Assembly (NCBI GenBank): GCA_964371615.1
Contig: CAYJMS010000003.1
Coordinates: 66,629 to 130,628, forward strand
Length of the DNA: 64,000 nucleotides
Direction: 5' to 3'
From: an uncultured Chitinophagaceae bacterium
Lineage (GTDB): Bacteria; Bacteroidota; Ignavibacteria; UBA10030; UBA8401
The notes beneath the pieces were generated by a model. The model worked only from the letters and a program-made list of their open reading frames with translations, was not told the DNA's origin and ran no database searches. Each line of letters opens with the position of its first letter. Within the stretch, counting starts at the first letter, position 1. Positions 22,569 to 32,163 of this stretch are shown here, in pieces. Made by a program: the position numbers and the translations under genes.

Positions 22569-23465
22569 ATGGAAATCAGTTCGCTACATAAAAAACTCAT
22601 CGCCGGGTATACGGCGGAAAACCTGCAGAAGATCACCCGCAAGATTATCGATCTGCATCGGAATAATCAAGTCCATGCAATGACGACACTGCTGCATGCC
22701 GTCGGGGATGAGATTGCAGAAAAGAAAGCGCAGACTAACAAAGCATTTTACCGGTTGATGATGATCTATCATCCCGACCGGATCGGTTTTTACAGAAGCG
22801 AGATCGACCGGTTGTATGCGGCGAAAGATCTCGATCACTTAAAGCAATTTTCTCATATTTTTACCGCTCTCGATCTTGAAAAGTCTCTGGTCGTACTGAA
22901 GAAACCGGCAAACGACGCTCCTGCATATTCCGATCTGTGGGAGGCGGTGAGCGAAGAGACCGGCGATTACGATGAAGAGTATCCGGAAGAGGAACAGGAT
23001 GAATCGCTCGACGAATTGGACGGATTTGTCTCTCGCAATAATTTCTTCTCCGTCTTCAAAAAACAGGCGTACGGAAATTCGAAGGTCGAACTCCCCTTCT
23101 ATTATCTGGAGGATATCGATGTGCTCGACCTTGCAGGGGCGGAGATCGACGATCTTGACGGAATACGGTACTGCAAACATCTTGTAACGGTGGAACTTTC
23201 CGGCAACCGGATTACGGACATTTCGGAGCTCGCATCGTTGACGATGCTGCAGGAGGTATATCTCGCCGGCAACCGGATCGGCTACATCGATGCGCTGCAG
23301 TTCCTGCCGGACCTTCATGCCGTCGATATTTCGTTCAATGCCATCGACGACCTGTCGCCGTTGTTCGAACTGGAACATCTGGAATATCTGAACGTCACGG
23401 GAAACAAAATTCCCCGCCAGCAGCTCGACCGGCTGCAACACAAGGGTGTCATTATCATTTCATAA
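22569..23465 (+). CDS. cytoplasmic J-domain-like / leucine-rich-repeat protein
   Basis: 298 aa, no signal peptide. AFYRLMMIYHPDR (HPD motif), an acidic linker, then about 5 LRR units (LxxLxLxxNxIxDI), e.g. LVTVELSGNRITDISELASL. Confidence 0.55.
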   Translation: MEISSLHKKLIAGYTAENLQKITRKIIDLHRNNQVHAMTTLLHAVGDEIAEKKAQTNKAFYRLMMIYHPDRIGFYRSEIDRLYAAKDLDHLKQFSHIFTALDLEKSLVVLKKPANDAPAYSDLWEAVSEETGDYDEEYPEEEQDESLDELDGFVSRNNFFSVFKKQAYGNSKVELPFYYLEDIDVLDLAGAEIDDLDGIRYCKHLVTVELSGNRITDISELASLTMLQEVYLAGNRIGYIDALQFLPDLHAVDISFNAIDDLSPLFELEHLEYLNVTGNKIPRQQLDRLQHKGVIIIS

Positions 23466-23490
23466 CCTATCAATAGTTCCGGGAGTTTTT

Positions 23491-24609
23491 ATGAAGCATC
23501 TTTTATCTGCTGTACTACTCACCATAATATTTGTTGCAAGTGCATCGGCGCACGACCGCGGACACGGCGGGCGGGTCATCGAATTTCCCGACATTCCCGG
23601 ATTCGTAACACTTAAATGCGATCTTCATCAACACACGGTCTTCTCCGACGGCAATGTGTGGCCTTCCATCCGCATACAGGAAGCGACGAAGGACGGACTC
23701 GATGCTATTGCATTGACGGAACATCTCGAGTATCAGCCCCACAAAAAGGACATTCCCCATCCCGACCGGAACCGCTCGTTCGAATTGGCAAAAGAATCCG
23801 CGGATAAAACCAATCTGATTGTCATCAACGGTTCAGAGATCACGCGGCGGATGCCTCCGGGACATTCCAATGCAATTTTTATTACCGACGCCAACAAACT
23901 GTTGACGCCCGATTCGATTGAGGTCTTCCGCGAAGCGAAACGGCAGGGGGCATTTACATTCTGGAATCATCCGCATTGGGTGGGACAAAGCGCCACCGCC
24001 ATTGCGACGCTGACCGACGTTCATAAATATTTGCTGAAGGAAAAATTACTGGACGGGATCGAAGTAGTGAATGACGATACGTACTCGGACGAAGCGCTGC
24101 AAATCGCGCTGGATCATAATCTGACGATCATGGGCTCGTCCGATATACACGGACTGATCGACTGGCAATACGATGTTCCCGACGGCGGACACCGGCCGAT
24201 CACACTCGTCTTCGCGAAAGAGCGTACGGCAGAATCGTTGAAAGAAGCCCTCTTTGCACGGCGGACCGCGGTCTGGTTCAACAATACATTGATCGGCAGG
24301 GAAGACTTTGTCGCGCCGTTGATCAAACAATCATTGACGACTTCGAATGCGGAGTACCGGAAGAATAAATCGGTCCTCACCGTAAAGATCGAGAACAGCA
24401 GCGATGCGGAATATATTCTGGAGAATATGAGCGGCTATACGCTGTACATGCATGCTAATATCTTCACTGTAAAGCCGCATGAAACGACCACCATCGATGT
24501 AAAAACGTCGGAAGTGCTAAAAAATGTTTCATTGCCGTTCAAAGTACTGAACGCCGTCATTGCACCGAATACACATCCGACGATCACATTCGATATTGTG
24601 CTGAAATAG
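23491..24609 (+). CDS. secreted PHP-domain phosphoesterase
   Basis: Trimmed to ATG 23491 (MKHLLSAVLLTIIFVASASA). PHP metal motif CDLHQHTVFSDG, ALTEHLEY, GSSDIHG. Confidence 0.7.
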   Translation: MKHLLSAVLLTIIFVASASAHDRGHGGRVIEFPDIPGFVTLKCDLHQHTVFSDGNVWPSIRIQEATKDGLDAIALTEHLEYQPHKKDIPHPDRNRSFELAKESADKTNLIVINGSEITRRMPPGHSNAIFITDANKLLTPDSIEVFREAKRQGAFTFWNHPHWVGQSATAIATLTDVHKYLLKEKLLDGIEVVNDDTYSDEALQIALDHNLTIMGSSDIHGLIDWQYDVPDGGHRPITLVFAKERTAESLKEALFARRTAVWFNNTLIGREDFVAPLIKQSLTTSNAEYRKNKSVLTVKIENSSDAEYILENMSGYTLYMHANIFTVKPHETTTIDVKTSEVLKNVSLPFKVLNAVIAPNTHPTITFDIVLK

Positions 24610-24640
24610 GCAGCACTGTACAATAGACCATAGTAAATAC

Positions 24641-24672
24641 AAAAAGGGGAAACTCGCGTCTCCCCTTTTTTG
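24641..24672. terminator. bidirectional Rho-independent terminator between convergent genes
   Basis: AAAAAGGGGAAAC-tcgc-GTCTCCCCTTTTTTG, with an A-run upstream and a T-run downstream. Confidence 0.75.
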
Positions 24673-24715
24673 TTCACTGATGATCTGTTATCAGCTCTCT
24701 GATTTTTCCTCTTTT

Positions 24716-26704
24716 CTATTTCACCAGCGTCATCTTCTTTGACTGCGCGAACGATCCCGACTCCAGACGGAAAATGTACATACCGGAGGAGATGTTTTTC
24801 GGCAGCCATTGAATTTCATGCTCTCCCGCCGGACGCGCTTCGTTCGTCAATGTTTCAACTTCCTGTCCCAGCATATCGTACACCGTCACCTTCACATTTG
24901 CGGTGACGGGAATAGAGTACCGTATCGTTGTGGAGGGATTGAACGGATTGGGATAGTTCTGCATCAGTTCGAATGTATACGGCGATCCGTCCTCGCGTAC
25001 CGCAGTCGGATTGAATGTGAGATCCCTTAATATCCATTCGTTCGGATCAATGGAAACGGTTGCCGCGCGGCGCGGCAGCGGAATATAAAAAATCTGATCC
25101 GGTGAATTATTAAAGACGGTGACCGTCGTGTCCCATGCCGTCGCAAAGAACTTCAGGTCGATCGGCATCGAAAAGTACGCCGGATTCGACGTACCGGTCG
25201 TCTGTTTGATTCTCACGCGGGAGATGAAACCGGTTTCGGTCGTATCGACACCGTGATAGTATGTGTATTTCGGATATTTTTCCCCGAAGACCCACTGATT
25301 GAAGAACCAATCCAGATCGCGGCCGGAGGCAGTTTCGCAATGTGTTTGAAAATCGATCGTTGCCGCCGTGCCGTACATCAGCGCCGGATCGGTTGCATAC
25401 GATTTGATCGCTGCAAAGAATACCGAATCACCCAGCGAGTGCCGGAGCATATGCAAAACAACCGATCCCTTATTATAGACGCGGCTCGACGCAAAGAGAT
25501 TGGAAACGTTCGCGGTATCCTGCACATGCAGCGTTCCGACGGCGGTCTTTGCGCTTGTAATTCTTTGCGCCATGCGGGAGCGGAACGCCGTTTCGCCGTA
25601 CATCCGTTCACGATAAACCGCTTCAAAATACTGCGCAAATCCTTCGTTCAGCCACAGGTCTGGCCAGGTGCGGCAGGTGATCAAATCCCCGAACCATTGA
25701 TGCACCAATTCATGCGCAATGGTTGCTTCGCTGAATGCGTTCGATCCGAGCGACGTGAGCGTCTGGTGCTCCATTCCTCCGCCCCATCCGAACTGCACGT
25801 GCCCGTATTTTTCATCGATGAACGGATACTCGCCGAATATCGGTTTGAAAATTTCCAGCATTCCGATTGTCAGCGCGGCGTTTGTTCTGTATGACGGTGA
25901 CGTCGAACCGATATTGGACAGCACATAATTCACCACTTCCATCGAATCCGTTTCGGTGTACTTATACCAGTCGGAGAACGAACTGAAATTGCCGATGGTA
26001 ACAGCGACGAGATACGTGGCGATCGGATAGCGGTGTTTCCATTTATATGTTTTTGTATTGTCGCCGTTCTGAACTATTTCTACGAGCTTCCCGCTGGTGA
26101 CGCCGGTCAGCGATTGATCGCAGGTGATCCAGATATCCATCGAATCGGCCTTCTCCGTCGGATGATCGACACAGGGCCACCAGTCCCGTGAGCCGTACGG
26201 CTCGCTGAGCGTATAGATCCATCTGGTCTGGTCCGCTGCATTCGCATCGGAATAACTTCCCAATCCGGTGTACGGGGGATTGCCATGGTAGTATACCTGA
26301 GTCGTCACGGTGTCCCCCTGAAATCGTTTTGACGGAAGTGCGATCTCGATCGTTTTTGCCGCCGCGATAACGGTAGTTTTGGCGCCGTCGACAAAAACAG
26401 AATCGACCGTCAACGCGCTCATCAGATCGTATGTGATACTTGTGACTGAATCCGCCCGGATAATAACAACAGCGGCAACATCTCCTTTCACATATCCTTT
26501 TTGATCGGCGATGCGGATATTGAGTTTGTAATATTTCACGTCGATCTGTTCCGTGGCGACGGACGACGACGCGTATTGTCGGACAAGGACCTGATGCCTG
26601 CGGGCTTCGGTCTTATACAGATCGTTCAGATCGGCGTCATCCTGCGCAACCACGATGGTCACGAAAGAGATCAGTGTAAAGACTGTTCGATAAAATATTT
26701 TCAT
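24716..26704 (-). CDS. M1 family aminopeptidase with T9SS C-terminal sorting domain
   Basis: 662 aa. GGMEH (GAMEN-like), HELVHQWFGD...WLNEGFAQY zincin motif; C-terminal YPNPFNPSTTIRYSIP tail. Confidence 0.9.
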   Translation of the reverse strand: MKIFYRTVFTLISFVTIVVAQDDADLNDLYKTEARRHQVLVRQYASSSVATEQIDVKYYKLNIRIADQKGYVKGDVAAVVIIRADSVTSITYDLMSALTVDSVFVDGAKTTVIAAAKTIEIALPSKRFQGDTVTTQVYYHGNPPYTGLGSYSDANAADQTRWIYTLSEPYGSRDWWPCVDHPTEKADSMDIWITCDQSLTGVTSGKLVEIVQNGDNTKTYKWKHRYPIATYLVAVTIGNFSSFSDWYKYTETDSMEVVNYVLSNIGSTSPSYRTNAALTIGMLEIFKPIFGEYPFIDEKYGHVQFGWGGGMEHQTLTSLGSNAFSEATIAHELVHQWFGDLITCRTWPDLWLNEGFAQYFEAVYRERMYGETAFRSRMAQRITSAKTAVGTLHVQDTANVSNLFASSRVYNKGSVVLHMLRHSLGDSVFFAAIKSYATDPALMYGTAATIDFQTHCETASGRDLDWFFNQWVFGEKYPKYTYYHGVDTTETGFISRVRIKQTTGTSNPAYFSMPIDLKFFATAWDTTVTVFNNSPDQIFYIPLPRRAATVSIDPNEWILRDLTFNPTAVREDGSPYTFELMQNYPNPFNPSTTIRYSIPVTANVKVTVYDMLGQEVETLTNEARPAGEHEIQWLPKNISSGMYIFRLESGSFAQSKKMTLVK

Positions 26705-26768
26705 AAAAAAGGAATTGAATGATCGTTATGTATGCACATTTATTGTTGATCTCATCTCAAAAATAAGT

Positions 26769-26868
26769 ATTGTCATCCCGAGCGTAGACGAGGGGTGACT
26801 ATTTGAGCGGAGCCATGCCTCGACTTTTCACCTGCCACGTTTTTTGGCGGGGGCTCGGCATGACATTG
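26769..26868. repeat. REP cluster of the GTCATCCCGAGCG / GTCATGCC family
   Basis: ATTGTCATCCCGAGCGTAGACGAGGGGTGAC plus CATGCCTCGAC...CTCGGCATGACATTG. Shares the GAGCGTAGACGAG core with 58206-58233. Confidence 0.8.
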
Positions 26869-27014
26869 ATTTTATATTTTTTAAATTGATCTGTTGTAAA
26901 AACGTACATACAATCGCCGTCAGAAGCAATCGCCGAATTCATTGAATACAAACGGTAATGATATGGTTGCGCAATGTTCTCCATCGATTTTCCTTTGTTC
27001 GTACCGATAAAATT

Positions 27015-27036
27015 GTACTTTACTATAGTAAAGTAC
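27015..27036. promoter_or_regulatory. 22-bp perfect palindrome GTACTTTACTATAGTAAAGTAC, candidate operator
   Basis: Read directly. Ends 18 nt upstream of the LKR start codon (27055). Confidence 0.5.
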
Positions 27037-27054
27037 AGGGATTGGGGAGCACGT

Positions 27055-28365
27055 ATGAAGAACTGCATCGGCATTCGCCGCGAAACGAAAGACAAAACAC
27101 AGCGCCGTGCGCCGCTGACGCCGGAGCACGTCCGCACGCTGATCCGCGATCATCGTCTGCGTGTGATTGTGCAGCCGTGGGAAAACCGTGTTTTTTCCGA
27201 CCGCGAGTATAAACGAGCGGGGGCGGAAATCTCAGAAGACCTTTCGCCGTGTTCCATTATCTTCGGCGTAAAAGAGGTCGCTCCGTCGCTGCTTCTCCCC
27301 GGCAAAGCGTACGTCTTCTTCTCGCATACCGTCAAAGGACAATCGTACAACATGGAAATGTTGCAGACGATCGTCGACGGAAGGAACACGTTGTTCGATT
27401 ACGAATTGGTGAAAAATTCCGAGGGAAAACGGCTGATATTTTTCGGTGACTACGCCGGACGAGCGGGTATGATCGATTCACTCTGGGCGCTCGGTCAGCG
27501 TCTGAAAGCAGAGGGAATCCATACACCGTTTTCCTCGATCCGCTATGCGTCGGAATACCGCCGGCTGCACGATGCAAAGGAATCGTTCCTGGAAACAGGG
27601 GAACGGATCACCAAAAAAGGTTTGCCGAAGTCCCTGCTGCCGCTCATCGTCGGTTTTACGGGATACGGCAACGTCACCAACGGCGCGCTCGAAATGTTCG
27701 ACCTACTGCCCGTGCATGAAATTGCATCGGAAGATCTCGAACGGTGGTACCGGCGGGGCTGGTACTCGAATAATGTTGTGTACAAAGTGCAGTATAAAAA
27801 ACACGATCTGTACCGTCATAAAGAGAAAAAGGAGTTCGATCTGGATGAGTTCAACACGCATCCCGACCGGTATGCCAGCGGACTGGAACCGCATTTGCCG
27901 TTCTACACGATGCTGGTCAACGGGATCTACTGGGAACCGCGGTATCCGCGCATCGTGACAAAGAGGGCGATCAAAAATCTTTTCTCAAAGGAACGGAAGC
28001 CGCGGCTGAAGGTCATCGGCGACATTACCTGCGATATCGACGGATCGGTGCAGTTGACGGTAAAAGAAACGAACCAGGATAATCCCGTGTACGTGTACGA
28101 AGCGGCGACCGGCAGGATCAAAGACGGCGTTCGGGGGCGCGGACCGGTGGTACTCTCGGTGGACAAATTGCCGACGGAGCTTCCGTACGAAGCATCGTAC
28201 GACTTCGGAACGGCATTGCTTCCGTTCGTTCCGCATCTCGCACGGCACGATTATTCCCGCCCTGTGCCAGTTGACGCCCTTCCACGAGAATTTCGCGACG
28301 CAATGATCGTCCGCCGCGGACGCTTGACGAACCGGTTTTCTTATTTGAAGAAACATTTGCCATGA
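27055..28365 (+). CDS. lysine-2-oxoglutarate reductase-like (saccharopine dehydrogenase, L-lysine-forming; AlaDH/PNT fold)
   Basis: Trimmed to ATG 27055. IGIRRETKDKTQRRAPLTPEHV resembles the LKR half of eukaryotic AASS. Confidence 0.7.
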   Translation: MKNCIGIRRETKDKTQRRAPLTPEHVRTLIRDHRLRVIVQPWENRVFSDREYKRAGAEISEDLSPCSIIFGVKEVAPSLLLPGKAYVFFSHTVKGQSYNMEMLQTIVDGRNTLFDYELVKNSEGKRLIFFGDYAGRAGMIDSLWALGQRLKAEGIHTPFSSIRYASEYRRLHDAKESFLETGERITKKGLPKSLLPLIVGFTGYGNVTNGALEMFDLLPVHEIASEDLERWYRRGWYSNNVVYKVQYKKHDLYRHKEKKEFDLDEFNTHPDRYASGLEPHLPFYTMLVNGIYWEPRYPRIVTKRAIKNLFSKERKPRLKVIGDITCDIDGSVQLTVKETNQDNPVYVYEAATGRIKDGVRGRGPVVLSVDKLPTELPYEASYDFGTALLPFVPHLARHDYSRPVPVDALPREFRDAMIVRRGRLTNRFSYLKKHLP

Positions 28366-28387
28366 CCATCGGAACGGACTCTATGAT

Positions 28388-29734
28388 ATGAAACGAATCC
28401 TGATTCTCGGCGCCGGACAAAGCACCGGCTATCTTGTCGACTATCTTCTCCGAAAATCGCAGGAGAAGGAATATTTTCTTACCGTCTGCGACCGTAATCT
28501 GGAAACTGCGCAGCGGCTCATCGGCGACCATCAGAATGCGCAGGCGCTGGAATTCGACGCCAACGATGCGGCGACACGCGCCAGTCTTCTCTCGCAATCG
28601 AACATCGTCGTCAACATGCTCACGCGGCCGTTCCAGTATCCCGTAGCCATCGACTGCCTGAACGCCGGTGTACCGATGATCACCGCGTCATACGAAGATC
28701 CGAAAGTTCATTCGCTGCATAACGACGTTGTGAAGAAAGGGTTGCTCTTCCTCAACGAAATGGGGCTGGATCCCGGCATCGACCATATGGTCGCCATGCA
28801 GACGATCTCGTCGGTCAGAAGTAGCGGCGGCATCATCGAGAGTTTCCGTTCCTACGGCAGCGGATTGCCGGCAACGCTCGATCCGCTCAATCCCTTTCAT
28901 TACGCACTGACGTGGAATCCGCGTAATGTACTGCTCGCCGGTGAGGACGGCGCTATCTTCAAGGAAAACAACCGCATTAAAATGCTCCCGTTTCATAAGA
29001 TCTTCGAACAGACATGGTCGGTGGAGGTGGACGGCATCGGCACCATGGAGGCGTATCCAAACCGCGATTCCATCGGATACGGCAAGATTCTCGGGTTGGA
29101 ATATGCCCATACAATCATTCGCGGAACACTCCGGTATCCCGGCTGGGGGGAAGTCTGGCAGCAGATCATCAACCTCGGTATGACGAATGAAACCATCAAG
29201 ATCCCCGATCTTCCGAATATGACATACCGCGAATTCACCGAAATGTTCCTCCCCGAAGTACACGGTGCAAAAAAACTTGAACATGATATTGCCGGTTACC
29301 TGTACATCAGTCCTACCGGCGAAATAATCAAGAAGTTGAAATGGTTCGGGTTGTTCTCAAAAGATAAAATCGGCGGCACCGTTACAACTGCAGCGGAAGT
29401 GATGATCGATCTGATGAAAAAGAAATTCAAACTTCCCGAGGGAATGAGGGATATGGTGGTGTTGATGCTGGAGATCGAGGCGAAGTACGAGGCGGATAAC
29501 GGACGTCGTGAACGGATCCTGCATACGATGATCGAGATCGGCACCGAGCAGCACACCGCGATTGCAAAAACGGTCGGGCTTCCGGTGGCCATCGGAACGG
29601 AACTGATGCTGGAAGGAAAACTTCAGGTTACCGGATGCCACATTCCGATCCATGCGTCGATCTATGAACCGGTACTGCAGGCGATACGCCAGGAAGGTAT
29701 TGTTTTCAAACAATTCGCGGAGCCTATTCAATAG
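28388..29734 (+). CDS. saccharopine dehydrogenase (L-glutamate-forming)
   Basis: 448 aa. Rossmann start KRILILGAGQSTGYLVDYLL; Sacchrp_dh-like C-terminal half. Confidence 0.8.
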   Translation: MKRILILGAGQSTGYLVDYLLRKSQEKEYFLTVCDRNLETAQRLIGDHQNAQALEFDANDAATRASLLSQSNIVVNMLTRPFQYPVAIDCLNAGVPMITASYEDPKVHSLHNDVVKKGLLFLNEMGLDPGIDHMVAMQTISSVRSSGGIIESFRSYGSGLPATLDPLNPFHYALTWNPRNVLLAGEDGAIFKENNRIKMLPFHKIFEQTWSVEVDGIGTMEAYPNRDSIGYGKILGLEYAHTIIRGTLRYPGWGEVWQQIINLGMTNETIKIPDLPNMTYREFTEMFLPEVHGAKKLEHDIAGYLYISPTGEIIKKLKWFGLFSKDKIGGTVTTAAEVMIDLMKKKFKLPEGMRDMVVLMLEIEAKYEADNGRRERILHTMIEIGTEQHTAIAKTVGLPVAIGTELMLEGKLQVTGCHIPIHASIYEPVLQAIRQEGIVFKQFAEPIQ

Positions 29735-29790
29735 TGATCCGTCTGTGAATTTCGTTTCCTTCCTTTCCCTTTTAACAGTACATTGACGGT

Positions 29791-31170
29791 ATGAGTAAAA
29801 TATCTTGCCGCACTCTTCTTCTTTTGTGTTTTATCGTCACCTCCATCCTGAATGCTCAACCGTCACTTGAAAAAAAGATCGCCGAAATGATCATGGTCGG
29901 CTTTTCCGGCACGACCATTCCCGAATCGCTGAAGACCGACCTGACCGTTCGCGGCCTCGGCGGTGTCGTTCTGTTCGCAGCAAACATCGCTGATCCGCAG
30001 CAGGTGCAGACATTGACCGCGCAATTGAAGAACCATTCCGGCGGAACATTATTGATAGCCGTGGATCAGGAAGGGGGACGGGTCGCACGGCTTTCCGCAA
30101 ACAACGGATTCACTGCAACATCGTCCGCGTACAAACTCGGCACTCTGATCAATGACGAGGATACGACTCGCGCAGCGGCGGCAATGATGGCGGGATGGCT
30201 GCAGCAAAGCGGATTCACGATCAATTTCGCTCCTGTCGCCGATGTCAGGGTCAATCCGCAGAGTCCCGCTATCGGTAAACTTAACCGAAGTTTTTCCGGC
30301 AATCCGGATACGGTCAGCCGGCATATTGGATGGTTTATTGAAGAGTTTCACAAGAAGAAAATCGTCACCACGCTCAAGCATTTTCCCGGCCACGGCAGCG
30401 CCGCGACCGATTCACATCTCGGATTCACCGACGTAACGACAACATGGAGCGCGGATGAACTTATTCCGTTCCGGTACGCCATTGACAACGGTTACGCCGA
30501 TCTGATCATGACGGGACATCTCTATAACAAGACGATTGATTCGCTCTATCCCGGCTCCCTTTCCCACGCTACGGTGACAACATTGCTGCGCGATTCGCTC
30601 GGATACAACGGCGCGGTGATCAGCGACGAACTTTTTATGAATGCGATCTCCGCCAATTACGAATTTGACGATGCACTGGAATTGTGTGTCAAATCCGGCA
30701 CCGATATTCTTCTGTTCAACAAAAGCATCTATAACAATAATTCTCTGACGGCGTATGTCGTCAATTCGATCGCCGGTAAGGTGCACAGCGGCACAATCGC
30801 CGAATCGCTCATCGACTCAGCGTACGACCGAATCCAGCGGCTGAAACAGAGCATCACCACCGGAACGCTCTTTGCGGACGTGCCGGTACCGAAAGAAACA
30901 ATGCTCTATCCCAATTATCCAAATCCGTTCAACGGTTCCACCACCATCCGGTACACGATCCGGTCCGCTGGAAATGCGTCCATAACGCTGTTTGATGTAT
31001 TGGGACGGAATGTCGCAACGATCCTGAACGAGTATCGTCAACCGGGAACATATTCCGCACGAATTCAGATCGGCAGCGGTGCAATACCCACCCTCCCGTC
31101 CGGCGTCTATTTCTACCGCCTGCAGACGGGCATGATGTCCGAAACAAGACGAATGATCTATATACGATAA
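29791..31170 (+). CDS. GH3 family beta-N-acetylhexosaminidase-like enzyme with T9SS C-terminal tail
   Basis: 459 aa with signal peptide. LIAVDQEGGRV, KHFPGHG; C-terminal YPNYPNPFNGSTTIRYTI. Confidence 0.8.
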   Translation: MSKISCRTLLLLCFIVTSILNAQPSLEKKIAEMIMVGFSGTTIPESLKTDLTVRGLGGVVLFAANIADPQQVQTLTAQLKNHSGGTLLIAVDQEGGRVARLSANNGFTATSSAYKLGTLINDEDTTRAAAAMMAGWLQQSGFTINFAPVADVRVNPQSPAIGKLNRSFSGNPDTVSRHIGWFIEEFHKKKIVTTLKHFPGHGSAATDSHLGFTDVTTTWSADELIPFRYAIDNGYADLIMTGHLYNKTIDSLYPGSLSHATVTTLLRDSLGYNGAVISDELFMNAISANYEFDDALELCVKSGTDILLFNKSIYNNNSLTAYVVNSIAGKVHSGTIAESLIDSAYDRIQRLKQSITTGTLFADVPVPKETMLYPNYPNPFNGSTTIRYTIRSAGNASITLFDVLGRNVATILNEYRQPGTYSARIQIGSGAIPTLPSGVYFYRLQTGMMSETRRMIYIR

Positions 31171-31175
31171 CGACT

Positions 31176-31676
31176 ATGAAAACGATATCCGACCTTGCGC
31201 AAGAATTTCTCTCTCAAAAGACCATCGCTGTTGTCGGAGTCTCGGCAAAGAAAGAGACACCGGCAAACGCTGTGTATAAAAAACTGAAGTCTCAACACCG
31301 CACCGTCGTGCCGGTAAATCCTCATCTCGAAACGTACGACGGCGATCCGTGCTACCGCGATCTTGGTTCCGTTCCGGTTTTTGTCGACGCTGTTTTTATC
31401 TCGACACGGCCCGAGATCACTGAGCAGATCGTCGAGCAATGCATCGATCGTAAGATTCCCCGTATCTGGATGCATCACTCCTTCGGAATCCGCGGACCAA
31501 AAACCTCGTCCTCTATTTCCAGCGTTTCGCACCGTGCTGTGGAGCGATGCAGAGAGAACAATATCGATGTCATCCCCGGCGCCTGCCCGATGATGTTCAT
31601 CGATCAGGCGGATGGATTTCACAAATTCCTCCGGTGGTTCTTGTCTGCGACGGGAAAACTTACCGTGCGAACGTAA
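31176..31676 (+). CDS. CoA-binding domain protein
   Basis: 166 aa. KTIAVVGVS...VVPVNP pattern of the CoA_binding_2 family. Confidence 0.7.
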   Translation: MKTISDLAQEFLSQKTIAVVGVSAKKETPANAVYKKLKSQHRTVVPVNPHLETYDGDPCYRDLGSVPVFVDAVFISTRPEITEQIVEQCIDRKIPRIWMHHSFGIRGPKTSSSISSVSHRAVERCRENNIDVIPGACPMMFIDQADGFHKFLRWFLSATGKLTVRT

Positions 31677-31707
31677 ATGCATCTGAATTTTTGCATCTCG
31701 TAAGGCA

Positions 31708-31912
31708 ACATCAGACATCCTATTGAACGTCTGATATGTTTTTAAAGGTGGGATAAAATATTGTCAGACAGGAATGTCTGACCTACCTCGGAAAAGAGAC
31801 TTTGTGATTTTCCTCTTTTTCAATTTAGTCGTTGAGAGCAAGATGATAATGGACTTGTCAAATCTTCCAGATTTGACAAGTCTGCAATTAACATCTCGTT
31901 GGGAACGAGATG
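31708..31912. repeat. mosaic of REP families in one spacer
   Basis: Contains ACATCAGAC..GTCTGATATGT (31708-31739), GTCAGAC-aggaat-GTCTGAC (31763-31782), P-A copy 3 (31851-31883) and a solo hairpin CATCTCGTT-ggg-AACGAGATG (31892-31912) whose right arm matches the MITE terminus TTGGGAACGAGAT. Confidence 0.8.
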
Positions 31913-32059
31913 CTATTGCTCTCTCTGCGTTCTTTGCGGCTTTGCGTGAGCATCTTCACTCACTTGCTATTTCTTATAAAGTGATGTACTTTGCATCTGT
32001 CGGCGGCAGGGACAAATGATCGGAGAAAGCGTATGACGTTGCTTTCACGATATTTTACT

Positions 32060-32108
32060 AAACCTCGTTAATTCTCTCACGGAGAATGAACGAGGTTTTT
32101 GCGTTTTA
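32060..32108 (+). terminator. Rho-independent terminator after the REP mosaic
   Basis: AAACCTCGTT-a-ATTCTC-tcacg-GAGAAT-g-AACGAGGTTT followed by TTGCGTTTT. Confidence 0.65.
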
Positions 32109-32163
32109 AAAAACCATTGTGCGTTGAGAACGCTGACTTCGTAAACAACGAAAGGAGGATCCT

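Noticed and set aside
31774-32019. 81-aa + strand ORF in the spacer after the CoA-binding gene.
   Set aside because: It reads straight through three REP palindromes (GTCAGAC, P-A, TIR hairpin), so it is most likely non-coding.
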